DNA from: Clostridia bacterium | Lineage (GTDB): Bacteria > Bacillota > Clostridia > Oscillospirales > CAG-272 | Length of the DNA: 64,000 bases | Assembly (NCBI GenBank): GCA_017504785.1 | Contig: JAFVQL010000078.1 | Span: forward strand, 1,388-65,387 | Direction of reading: 5' to 3' | In this document: one piece after another, positions 25,450 through 33,785 of the stretch | Position numbering within the stretch: position 1 is the first letter of the stretch | Layout of the letters: the number at the start of each line of letters is the position of its first letter | Notes under the pieces: generated by a model | Database searches by the model: none | What the model saw: only the letters and a program-made list of their open reading frames with translations | What the model was told of the DNA's origin: nothing | Position numbers and translations under genes: made by a program

Positions 25450-27693
25450 ATGTTTGCAAGGGTATATATCCTGGATGCGCCGTACGCTATCGATCGCCCC
25501 TTTGATTATTTGATCCCCGAAGCGCTTTCGGGCAGAGTGCACCGCGGCTCGCTTGTCACCGTGCCGTTCGGCGCGCAGAACAAGCTGCGTCGCGCCGCCT
25601 GCTCCGAGCTTCTTTGCGAAAGTAAAAATATCAAGGTAAAGCCCGTGCATGCGGTTTTGGACGACCGCTTTTCTCTCTCGGAGGAAATGCTCGGGCTATG
25701 CCTGTTTTTGAAGGAATATACGCTTTGTACCTTCGGTGAGGCCGTTCGTACCGTCTTGCCGCCCGGCGCGCTCTCCGAGGTGCCGAACATCCGCGTGCGA
25801 AGGCTTTACCGTCTTGCAAAAACGAGAGAAGAGATCCTCGCGCTCCTTTCGGGCAAGGGGCTTCGCTCCGAGGGGCAGAAAACGGTGCTTCGCTATCTTC
25901 TCGATATCGAGGAGGCCGACAGCAATCTTTTGAGAGAGCAGCCGGGTGTCACGGCGGCGCAGATCGCGGCGCTCGTGGAGAAGGGCTTGATCGTGTACGC
26001 AGAGGAGGAGGACTACCGCAATCCTTACGCGCGCTTCGGTGAGGCGGGTGCGCGCACGCCGATTCACTTAAGTGAGGCACAAGGCCGCGCCTATGATACG
26101 ATCGAAGCGCTTCTTCTAAAGGACGAAGCCAAGGCGGCGTTGCTTTACGGTATTACGGGAAGCGGAAAAACGCAGGTGATCATGAAAGCCATCGATCGCA
26201 CGATGGAAGAGGGAAAGGGTGTCATCATGCTCGTTCCCGAGATCGCCCTGACCCCGCAGACCGTGCATATCTTCTGCACGCGCTACGGCGGTCGCGTTGC
26301 GGTGATCCATTCCTCGCTCTCGCAGGGAGAGCGTTTGGATGCCTTCCATCGCATCCGTGACGGAAAGGTGGATCTCGTGATCGGCACGCGCTCCGCGATC
26401 TTCGCGCCGCTGAAAAATCTCGGCATGATCGTCATTGACGAGGAGCACGAGCATACCTATAAATCCGAAAGCGATCCCAAATACCATGCAAGGGACGTTG
26501 CGGCGTACCGTTGCGGCCAAAGCCGCGCCCTGATGCTTTTGGCATCCGCCACGCCCTCGCTCGAAAGCTTTTATAAAGCCAAAAACGGAAAATATACCCT
26601 CGTTCCTCTGCGAGAGCGCTTTGGCGGCGCCAAGCTGCCGACGGCGGTGATCGTGGATATGCGCGAGGAATTAAGACTCGGAAACACCTCGCCGATCAGC
26701 GACCGACTTTTGACAGCATTAAAAACGGTATACGACAGAGAGCAGCAGGCGATCCTCTTTTTGAACCGCCGCGGCTATCACAGTCAGATCAGCTGTAAAA
26801 AATGCGGTGACGTGATCTCTTGCCCGCGCTGCTCCGTATCGCTGACGCATCATGCGGGGCGCGGCGCAAATAAGCTTTTATGCCACCTTTGCGGGCACAC
26901 CGAGCCGCCACCTAAAGTCTGTCCGTCCTGCGGGAGCGAGGAGCTTTCCTTTCTCGGGTACGGAACACAGCGCGTAGAGGGCGATCTTTCCAAATTTTTG
27001 CCCGATATGCCGCTCATGCGTATGGATGCGGACACGACGGGGCAAAAGCTTGCCTACGACCGTATGTTAGAGGATTTCCGCGCAGGAAAGGCGGATATTC
27101 TTCTTGGCACGCAAATGGTAACCAAGGGACATGATTTTCCGCGCGTCACGCTCGTGGGCGTGGTGCTGGCGGATACCTCGCTCTACGTCAGCGACTTCCG
27201 CGCTTCGGAGCGGACCTTTTCGCTTCTCACGCAGGTGATCGGCCGCGCGGGTCGCGCAGGCGAGGAGGGGATCGCCGTGATACAGACCTTCAGTCCGTCG
27301 CATGAAATTATCCGCTTGGCTTGCCGCCAGGATTACGATCGATTCTACGAGGGCGAGATCGCGATTAGAAAAGAGCTTTCCTATCCGCCCTTCTGCGATA
27401 TGGTGCAGCTCACGCTGATGGGAGAGGACGAGCCCGCGCTTTTGCGCTCGGCGGCAGAGCTGACCGACAGCATCGGCAAAAAGCTCGGCGGCGCGTATTC
27501 CGACCTGCCGATGACGGTGTTCGGGCCGTTTGAAGCGCAGGTGTATAAGGTGAACGAGCGGTATAGACTCCGTATGGTCGTCAAATGCCGCTTGAACGTC
27601 CGTACCCGCAATTTTTTCAGAGATCTTCTCGCAGAGTATTCGCAGAAGCGAGAGGCTGCGCTTTCGATCGATTTGAACCCGTTGAGCATATAA
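25450..27693 (+). CDS. priA: Primosomal protein N' (replication restart helicase PriA)
   Basis: 747 aa with Walker A GITGSGKT, DEEH, Cys-rich zinc-binding insert (CKKCGDVISCPRCSVSL...CHLCGH...CPSCGS). Confidence 0.95.
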   Translation: MFARVYILDAPYAIDRPFDYLIPEALSGRVHRGSLVTVPFGAQNKLRRAACSELLCESKNIKVKPVHAVLDDRFSLSEEMLGLCLFLKEYTLCTFGEAVRTVLPPGALSEVPNIRVRRLYRLAKTREEILALLSGKGLRSEGQKTVLRYLLDIEEADSNLLREQPGVTAAQIAALVEKGLIVYAEEEDYRNPYARFGEAGARTPIHLSEAQGRAYDTIEALLLKDEAKAALLYGITGSGKTQVIMKAIDRTMEEGKGVIMLVPEIALTPQTVHIFCTRYGGRVAVIHSSLSQGERLDAFHRIRDGKVDLVIGTRSAIFAPLKNLGMIVIDEEHEHTYKSESDPKYHARDVAAYRCGQSRALMLLASATPSLESFYKAKNGKYTLVPLRERFGGAKLPTAVIVDMREELRLGNTSPISDRLLTALKTVYDREQQAILFLNRRGYHSQISCKKCGDVISCPRCSVSLTHHAGRGANKLLCHLCGHTEPPPKVCPSCGSEELSFLGYGTQRVEGDLSKFLPDMPLMRMDADTTGQKLAYDRMLEDFRAGKADILLGTQMVTKGHDFPRVTLVGVVLADTSLYVSDFRASERTFSLLTQVIGRAGRAGEEGIAVIQTFSPSHEIIRLACRQDYDRFYEGEIAIRKELSYPPFCDMVQLTLMGEDEPALLRSAAELTDSIGKKLGGAYSDLPMTVFGPFEAQVYKVNERYRLRMVVKCRLNVRTRNFFRDLLAEYSQKREAALSIDLNPLSI

Positions 27694-27734
27694 AACCAAA
27701 TTTGTAAATAATTGTTTTCATATAGGAGAAAAAC

Positions 27735-28196
27735 ATGGCAGTATTGAAAATTGTTGAGGTCGGCGATCCGCTTCTTCGCAAGGTCAGCCGCCCCGTAGAA
27801 GAGATCACGCCGCGCGTGCTTACCCTGCTTGACGATATGGTGGAAACCATGCACAAGCATGACGGTTGCGGTCTTGCGGCCGTGCAGGTCGGCGTGCTTC
27901 GCCGCATCGTCGTGATCGAAACCGTCCCCGGAGAGATCCACGAGCTGATCAATCCGCGGATCGTTGCGTACGCGGGCCATCAGGAGGAGGCAGAGGGCTG
28001 CCTCTCCATTCCCGGAAAGGCAGGCATCACGAGCCGTCCTGCCGCCGTTACCGTCCGTGCGCTGAACCGCAAGGGCGAGGAGGTAGAGCTGACGGGCACG
28101 GAGCTTTTGGCAAGAGCCATCTGCCATGAGTGCGACCATCTCGACGGTAAGCTCTTCACCGACGTGCAGATCCGTTCCTTGGACGAAGAGGACTAA
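27735..28196 (+). CDS. def: Peptide deformylase
   Basis: 153 aa with motifs GCGLAAVQVG, EGCLS and HECDHL. Confidence 0.95.
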   Translation: MAVLKIVEVGDPLLRKVSRPVEEITPRVLTLLDDMVETMHKHDGCGLAAVQVGVLRRIVVIETVPGEIHELINPRIVAYAGHQEEAEGCLSIPGKAGITSRPAAVTVRALNRKGEEVELTGTELLARAICHECDHLDGKLFTDVQIRSLDEED

Positions 28197-28198
28197 AA

Positions 28199-29131
28199 AT
28201 GAGAATTGTTTTTATGGGTACGCCCGAGATCGCGGCGACCTGTCTTAACGCATTGGTCGAGGGCGGGCACGAGATCGCCGCCGTCGTCACGGGCGAGGAT
28301 AAGCCGCGCGGCCGAAAAATGGTGATGACGCCCACGGCGGTGAAGGCGTACGCCTTGGAGCGCGGCATTCCCGCCTATACGCCCAAGACTTTGAGAGACG
28401 AAGCCTTCGCTGCGCTTCTTGCTTCGCTTGCGCCCGAGGTGATCGTCGTCGTTGCCTACGGAAAGATCTTGCCCGAGGCGGTGCTTCGCTTCCCGAAATA
28501 CGGCTGTATCAACGTGCACGTATCTCTGCTTCCCAAATATCGCGGTGCCGCCCCGATGCAGCGCGCGGTTATGGGGGGAGAGCGGGAAACGGGTGTCACC
28601 CTGATGCAGATGGACGTGGGGCTTGATACGGGCGATATTCTGATGCAGACTGCCTTTCCCATCGGAGAGGAGGATACCTTTGAGACCGTGCACGATACCT
28701 CGGCACGGCTCGGCGGAGAAATGCTCTGCGCCCTTCTTCCAAAGCTAGAGCGCGGCGAGATCACCCCCGTAAAGCAGGACGATGCGCTTGCCACCTACGC
28801 CGCAAAAATTGAAAAATCCGACTGTCATATAGACTTCCAAAAGACCGCCGCGGAGTTAAATCATATGATCCGCGGTGTCAACCCCATTCCCATGGCCTTT
28901 TGCTTGCAGGGAGAAAGAATGCTGAAGATCGTTCGCGCCGTACCCGTAGAGGGGAAGGGCAATGCGGGCGAGGTGATCGCGCTTTCCGAAGCGGGAGACG
29001 GAAGCATCACGGTCGCCTGCGGCACGGGTGCGCTCGCGATCACGCACCTGATCCCCGAGGGAAAAGGAAGAATGACGGCGGCGGACTATATCCGCGGTCG
29101 TAAAATCCAAAAAGGAGATCTCCTTTCTTAA
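28199..29131 (+). CDS. fmt: Methionyl-tRNA formyltransferase
   Basis: 310 aa with MRIVFMGTPEIA... and ...NVHVSLLPKYRGAAPMQRAV... Confidence 0.95.
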   Translation: MRIVFMGTPEIAATCLNALVEGGHEIAAVVTGEDKPRGRKMVMTPTAVKAYALERGIPAYTPKTLRDEAFAALLASLAPEVIVVVAYGKILPEAVLRFPKYGCINVHVSLLPKYRGAAPMQRAVMGGERETGVTLMQMDVGLDTGDILMQTAFPIGEEDTFETVHDTSARLGGEMLCALLPKLERGEITPVKQDDALATYAAKIEKSDCHIDFQKTAAELNHMIRGVNPIPMAFCLQGERMLKIVRAVPVEGKGNAGEVIALSEAGDGSITVACGTGALAITHLIPEGKGRMTAADYIRGRKIQKGDLLS

Positions 29132-30463
29132 ATGGCGGAGGATCTTTTTATGAACACAAGAGAAATCGCAGTCAAGCTTCTTCGTTCCTACGAGAAAAAC
29201 GACTCTTATGTAAACCTTTCTTTGAATAATCCGCTCGTTTCTTCGCTTTCCGATGAAGATCGCGCGTTCGTAACGGCGCTTCTTTGCACCACAGTGGAAA
29301 GAAGGATCACCTTGGATTATTATATCTCTGCGCTTGCAAAGCGCCCCGTAACGGAGATGTCTCCCAAGGCGCTTGCGCTTTTGCGCGTGGGGCTTTGCCA
29401 GCTCCTTTATATGGAAATTCCCGCCTATGCCGCGATCAGCGAAACGGTCGCCTTGGCAAAGGGCGCGGGGGAGCGCGGCTTCGTCAACGGTATTCTGCGT
29501 GCGGCAGAAAGGCAGAGGGCTTCGCTTCCTTTGCCGCCGCGCGAAAAGAACCTCGCAAGATTTTTCTCGGTGGCATACAGCGTGCCACTCCCACTTGCAA
29601 AATACGTGCTTTCGCTTCTCGGAGAAGATGGGGCAGAGGCGCTTCTTCGTGCCTTTCTTTCGCATCCGCCCCTGACGCTCGCGGTCAACACCCTTCGCAT
29701 CACGCGAGAGGATTACTTAAAGCTTCTCGAAAAGCAGAATATTGCCGCCGAGAAGACCGTATATTCGCCCTATGGCGTTCGTGTTTTGTCATCCGTTCCC
29801 GTAACGAAGCTTCCGGGTTTTTCGGAGGGCTTGTTTTTCGTGCAGGACGAGGCCAGCCAGCTTTCCTCGCTTGCCCTTGCCCCGAAAGAGGGCGCGCGCG
29901 TCATCGACGTATGTGCCGCCCCCGGCGGCAAAAGCATGCTTGCGGGCGTGCAGATGCAAAACGAGGGCGAGATCCTTTCCCTCGATCTTCACGCATCGAA
30001 GCTCCCCTTGATCCGCGAGAGTGCCGCGCGCCTCGGGCTTTCGCTATTGCGCGCGGATATGCAGGATGCCACAGCGGCAAGGGCAGAATATGCGGGGGCC
30101 TTCACCCACGTGATGTGCGACGTGCCCTGCTCGGGCCTCGGCGTGCTCTGGAAGAAGCCGGACCTTCGCTACCGTGCGTTGGAGGGCAGAGATGCGCTCC
30201 CCGCCCTGCAAGCGAAAATTTTGAGCGAGAGCGCGCGTTATCTTGCGCCGGGCGGAACCCTCATCTACTCCACCTGCACGCTCCGCACGGAGGAAAATAC
30301 CGCCGTCGTGCGTGATTTTTTAAGCACCCATCCCGATTTTTCTTTGGTTCCCTTTGCCTTCGGCGATCTTCGCGCCGATGAGGGAATGCTGACCACATAT
30401 CCGCACCTGCACGGCATGGACGGCTTCTTTATAGCGAAGCTTTGCCGCCGTGCGGAGAAGTAA
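29132..30463 (+). CDS. rsmB: 16S rRNA (cytosine967-C5)-methyltransferase RsmB
   Basis: 443 aa with an NusB-like N-terminal domain, DVCAAPGGKS, CDVPCSGLGV and YSTCT motifs. The start may be the ATG at 29150. Confidence 0.9.
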   Translation: MAEDLFMNTREIAVKLLRSYEKNDSYVNLSLNNPLVSSLSDEDRAFVTALLCTTVERRITLDYYISALAKRPVTEMSPKALALLRVGLCQLLYMEIPAYAAISETVALAKGAGERGFVNGILRAAERQRASLPLPPREKNLARFFSVAYSVPLPLAKYVLSLLGEDGAEALLRAFLSHPPLTLAVNTLRITREDYLKLLEKQNIAAEKTVYSPYGVRVLSSVPVTKLPGFSEGLFFVQDEASQLSSLALAPKEGARVIDVCAAPGGKSMLAGVQMQNEGEILSLDLHASKLPLIRESAARLGLSLLRADMQDATAARAEYAGAFTHVMCDVPCSGLGVLWKKPDLRYRALEGRDALPALQAKILSESARYLAPGGTLIYSTCTLRTEENTAVVRDFLSTHPDFSLVPFAFGDLRADEGMLTTYPHLHGMDGFFIAKLCRRAEK

Positions 30464-30474
30464 AGGACGGTTTT

Positions 30475-31527
30475 ATGATCGATTTGTATTCTATGACCGA
30501 GGAGGAGCTTGTCAAATTGATGGACGAGCTCGGAGAGCCGCGCTTTCGCGCAAAGCAGGTGTTTTCCTGGCTTTCGAGCGGAACGCCGATCGGGGAAATG
30601 ACCAATCTTTCCAAGGCTCTTAGGCAAAAGCTATCCGAGCTTTCCGTGGATACGCTTCCCAAGGTTGAAAAAAAGCTCGTGTCGAAGATCGACGGCACGG
30701 TCAAGTATCTTTTTGCGCTCCATGACGGAGAGTGCGTAGAGAGCGTTCTGATGCGCTATAAGCATGGCAATACGCTTTGCATCTCCAGTCAGGTCGGCTG
30801 TCGCATGGGCTGCCGCTTTTGCGCGTCTACGATCGGCGGGCGCGTGCGCGACCTTTTTCCCTCGGAGCTTTTGGGGCAGGTGATCGCCGCCGAAAAGGAT
30901 AGCGGCGAGCGCATATCCAATATCGTCATGATGGGCATCGGAGAGCCGCTTGATAACTACGATAACGTCATTCGTTTTCTCCGCCTCGTCAACGATAAGG
31001 AAGGCCTCAATATCGGATACCGCCATATATCGCTTTCCACCTGCGGTGTCGTTCCGGGCATTCTCCGCCTCGCAGAGGAGGCCTTGCCCATCACGCTTTC
31101 GATCTCGCTTCATGCATCGGACGATGAAACGAGAAGCGCGCTTATGCCTGTGAACAATAAATGGAAGATCGCAGAGCTTCTTTCCGCGTGCGTGGATTAT
31201 TACAAGAAAACGCGCCGCCGCATCTCGTTTGAATACACCCTGATCGCAGGGAAGAACGATACCGAGGAGGGCGCAAGAGCGCTTGCCACTCTGCTGAAAA
31301 ATGCCTTTCGCGGCACGGATGCACCCCTGCACGTCAACCTCATTCGCGTCAATGCCGTGGAGGAAACGGGAATGCGCCAGGGAAGCATAGAGGGAGCAAA
31401 CCGCTTTGCCGAGATCCTCAATTCGCTCGGCGTGGTGGCAACGGTGCGCCGCCGCCTCGGCAGTGACGTAAACGCTGCCTGCGGCCAGCTGCGCCGCGCC
31501 TCGGGAGGAAATAAAAATGAGAATTGA
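30475..31527 (+). CDS. rlmN: 23S rRNA/tRNA (adenine-C2)-methyltransferase RlmN (radical SAM)
   Basis: The internal ATG at 30475 (MIDLYSMTEEEL...) is the likely start. It has the radical-SAM CRMGCRFCAS motif and ...NLIRVNAVEE... C-terminal region. Confidence 0.9.
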   Translation: MIDLYSMTEEELVKLMDELGEPRFRAKQVFSWLSSGTPIGEMTNLSKALRQKLSELSVDTLPKVEKKLVSKIDGTVKYLFALHDGECVESVLMRYKHGNTLCISSQVGCRMGCRFCASTIGGRVRDLFPSELLGQVIAAEKDSGERISNIVMMGIGEPLDNYDNVIRFLRLVNDKEGLNIGYRHISLSTCGVVPGILRLAEEALPITLSISLHASDDETRSALMPVNNKWKIAELLSACVDYYKKTRRRISFEYTLIAGKNDTEEGARALATLLKNAFRGTDAPLHVNLIRVNAVEETGMRQGSIEGANRFAEILNSLGVVATVRRRLGSDVNAACGQLRRASGGNKNEN

Positions 31528-32458
31528 AAAGCAGGGCAAGGTCGTAAAGGGGCTTGGCGGCCTCTTTGAGACCCGCGTGATCGAAGCGAGCGGCGAGGTG
31601 CGCCGCTACGCCTGCCGCGCCAAGGGCTCGCTGCACCGCGGCGATGCCAAGGTGCTCGTCGGGGATAACGCGGTTCTCTCGATCGATGAATCAATGCCGG
31701 ACGATATCGTTCTCTCGGGGATCGCGGAGCGCAAAAACGCGCTGATCCGCCCGCCGATGGCAAACCTCGATATTCTTTGCATGGTGGTTGCCTCGGCGAA
31801 GCCTGCGCCCGTCCTTGAAACCGTGGATAAGCTTCTTTCGATCGCGGAGCATCACAGGATCGAGCCGGTTCTTATTTTCACGAAAACCGATATTGATAAG
31901 GAAAATGCCGAAAGGCTCTCGGCGCTCTATAAGGGGGCGGGCTTTACCGTGTTTGCGGTGTCCTCGCATCTTGGCGAGGGCGTGGACGAGGTGAGAGAAT
32001 ATCTCATATCCAATTTGAAAAACGGAAAGACCGCCGCGTTTGCGGGAGCATCCGGCGTGGGAAAATCCACGCTTGTGAACCGCATTTTCCCATCTCTTCA
32101 GCTGGCAACGGCGGAAATATCCGAGAAGATCGAGCGCGGAAGGCACACTACGCGCCACGTGGAGCTTTTCGAGATCGGAGAGGGAGAGAGCGCGGGCTTT
32201 CTTGCCGATACGCCGGGCTTTTCGCTTCTCGATTTCGAGCGATTTGATTTCTTCGGCCTTTCGGATCTTTTGTCCACCTTTCGTGATTTTGTGCCCCACC
32301 TCGGCGCTTGCCGCTATTCGGACTGCGCGCATATCGGGGAAGGCCCTGCCGAATGTGCGATCGCCCGCGCCGCCGAGGAAGGAAAGCTTGCGCCCTCGCG
32401 CCTCGCATCCTATCGCTCTATCTACCGCGTTTTAAAAAGCAAAAACGAATATAAATAA
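31517..32458 (+). CDS. rsgA: Ribosome small-subunit-dependent GTPase A
   Basis: 313 aa with circularly permuted GTPase motifs (FTKTD..., GASGVGKSTLVN) and C-terminal zinc finger CRYSDCAHIGEGPAEC. Confidence 0.92.
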   Translation: MRIEKQGKVVKGLGGLFETRVIEASGEVRRYACRAKGSLHRGDAKVLVGDNAVLSIDESMPDDIVLSGIAERKNALIRPPMANLDILCMVVASAKPAPVLETVDKLLSIAEHHRIEPVLIFTKTDIDKENAERLSALYKGAGFTVFAVSSHLGEGVDEVREYLISNLKNGKTAAFAGASGVGKSTLVNRIFPSLQLATAEISEKIERGRHTTRHVELFEIGEGESAGFLADTPGFSLLDFERFDFFGLSDLLSTFRDFVPHLGACRYSDCAHIGEGPAECAIARAAEEGKLAPSRLASYRSIYRVLKSKNEYK

Positions 32459-32483
32459 AATATAAATAAAAGGAGAAAACGAA

Positions 32484-32903
32484 ATGAAAAAGATCATTGC
32501 ATTGATTCTCGCCCTTGCGCTCACCTGCGGCTGTATGCTCGCCCTCGCCTCTTGCGGTGGCGATACGCTGGAGGGCACGTATAGCGGCGGCTTCATCCCC
32601 GCCTTTGAAGAGGATACCCTGACGGTAAAGATCAACAAGGATAAGACCGTGGAATACACCTTGGTGCTCGCAGACGGAAGCGAAACCAAGACCGCCACGG
32701 GCGCGTATACCTTGGAGATGGAAGAGGACCACGGACACGAGCTCATTAAGTTTACGGTTGCGGAGAATTCCGATCCCCTGCTTTTGGTCTTAAATAATGC
32801 AGAGTACACCTATTCTCTCACGAAGGTAGACGGAAAGAAAACGCTCACCCTTCAAGGCCATGGCAACGCTTCTCTCAACCTCTCGCTTACCGCAGTAAAA
32901 TAA
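32484..32903 (+). CDS. Hypothetical lipoprotein
   Basis: 139 aa with lipobox MKKIIALILALALTCGCMLALASC-GG. Confidence 0.65.
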   Translation: MKKIIALILALALTCGCMLALASCGGDTLEGTYSGGFIPAFEEDTLTVKINKDKTVEYTLVLADGSETKTATGAYTLEMEEDHGHELIKFTVAENSDPLLLVLNNAEYTYSLTKVDGKKTLTLQGHGNASLNLSLTAVK

Positions 32904-33119
32904 ATCTCCCGTTCTCTGCACAGTGAGCCTTTCGCGCGGCATTCCAATCGGTATGCCGCGTTAAATTCGCTTTTAAAATTTTAGACTCAAACTAAAGTTT
33001 TCAGTTTGTTCATAAATTTCTTATGCATTGTTCCCAAACAGGTATTGACATTTTTTTTGCTTTTTGGCATAATGTATATAGAGTAAAAACTCAAAAAACA
33101 TTTTAAGGAGATCAGAAAA

Positions 33120-33488
33120 ATGAAAAAGTTTTTAAGTCTCGCGCTCGCACTTGTGCTTCTTTGCGGTTGCATGTTCACGCTTGCATCCTGCGGCGGCGGT
33201 CTTTCCGGTAAGTACACCGATAAGTTGACCGGCCTTACCTCTTATGAGTTCAAGGGAAATAAATTCACTTGCACCGTAGGCGCAGGTAACTTTACCTACA
33301 CCGCATCCGGCACCTACGAGATCACCGAGGACGGCGATCAGTCTTTCATCACCTTCACCTATACCGACGGTGACGAGGATGCCAAGAAAGAGGGCGGCGT
33401 GAAGCTCGCACTTTCCAAGGGTACCGTGGATGGCAAGGATTATATCGAGTTTGGTAAGGTTTTGCCCGTTAAGTATATAAAGCAGTAA
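33120..33488 (+). CDS. Hypothetical lipoprotein (paralog of 32484-32903)
   Basis: 122 aa with lipobox MKKFLSLALALVLLCGCMFTLASC-GG. It shares the G(T/K)Y...GTYEITEDG... style body with the neighbouring gene. Confidence 0.65.
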   Translation: MKKFLSLALALVLLCGCMFTLASCGGGLSGKYTDKLTGLTSYEFKGNKFTCTVGAGNFTYTASGTYEITEDGDQSFITFTYTDGDEDAKKEGGVKLALSKGTVDGKDYIEFGKVLPVKYIKQ

Positions 33489-33504
33489 TCGTTTATAATT
33501 AAAA

Positions 33505-33539
33505 AGCCCGACGAGTCGAGAGGCTCGTCGGGCTTTTTC
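33505..33539 (+). terminator. Intrinsic terminator
   Basis: AGCCCGACGAG-loop-CTCGTCGGGCT followed by TTTTT, with an A-run upstream. Confidence 0.85.
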
Positions 33540-33785
33540 TGCGCGCCCCGTTAAGGCTTCAGCGTCGGGGAATGACGCTGTTCCTCGTTCGAGATCTTTT
33601 CGCAGGCGGTCCGAAGCATTTTTTCGTATCTGCCGTTCAAGTATCGAAGAAATAACAGTATAACCATATCAGACAATATAAAGCACACAAGAATTGCGGC
33701 CGAAAAATGCAATCGGACACAATCCTTGTGCGCTTATATTTTCACCCAAGCCCCGAAGGACTTGGGTGGACTTTAAAACAGAAAT

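Noticed and set aside
29284-30315. 343-aa alternative-frame + strand ORF inside rsmB
   Set aside because: It is extremely Arg/Gly/Ala/Pro-rich, typical of an off-frame reading of GC-rich coding DNA. The rsmB frame carries the SAM-MTase and active-site Cys motifs.
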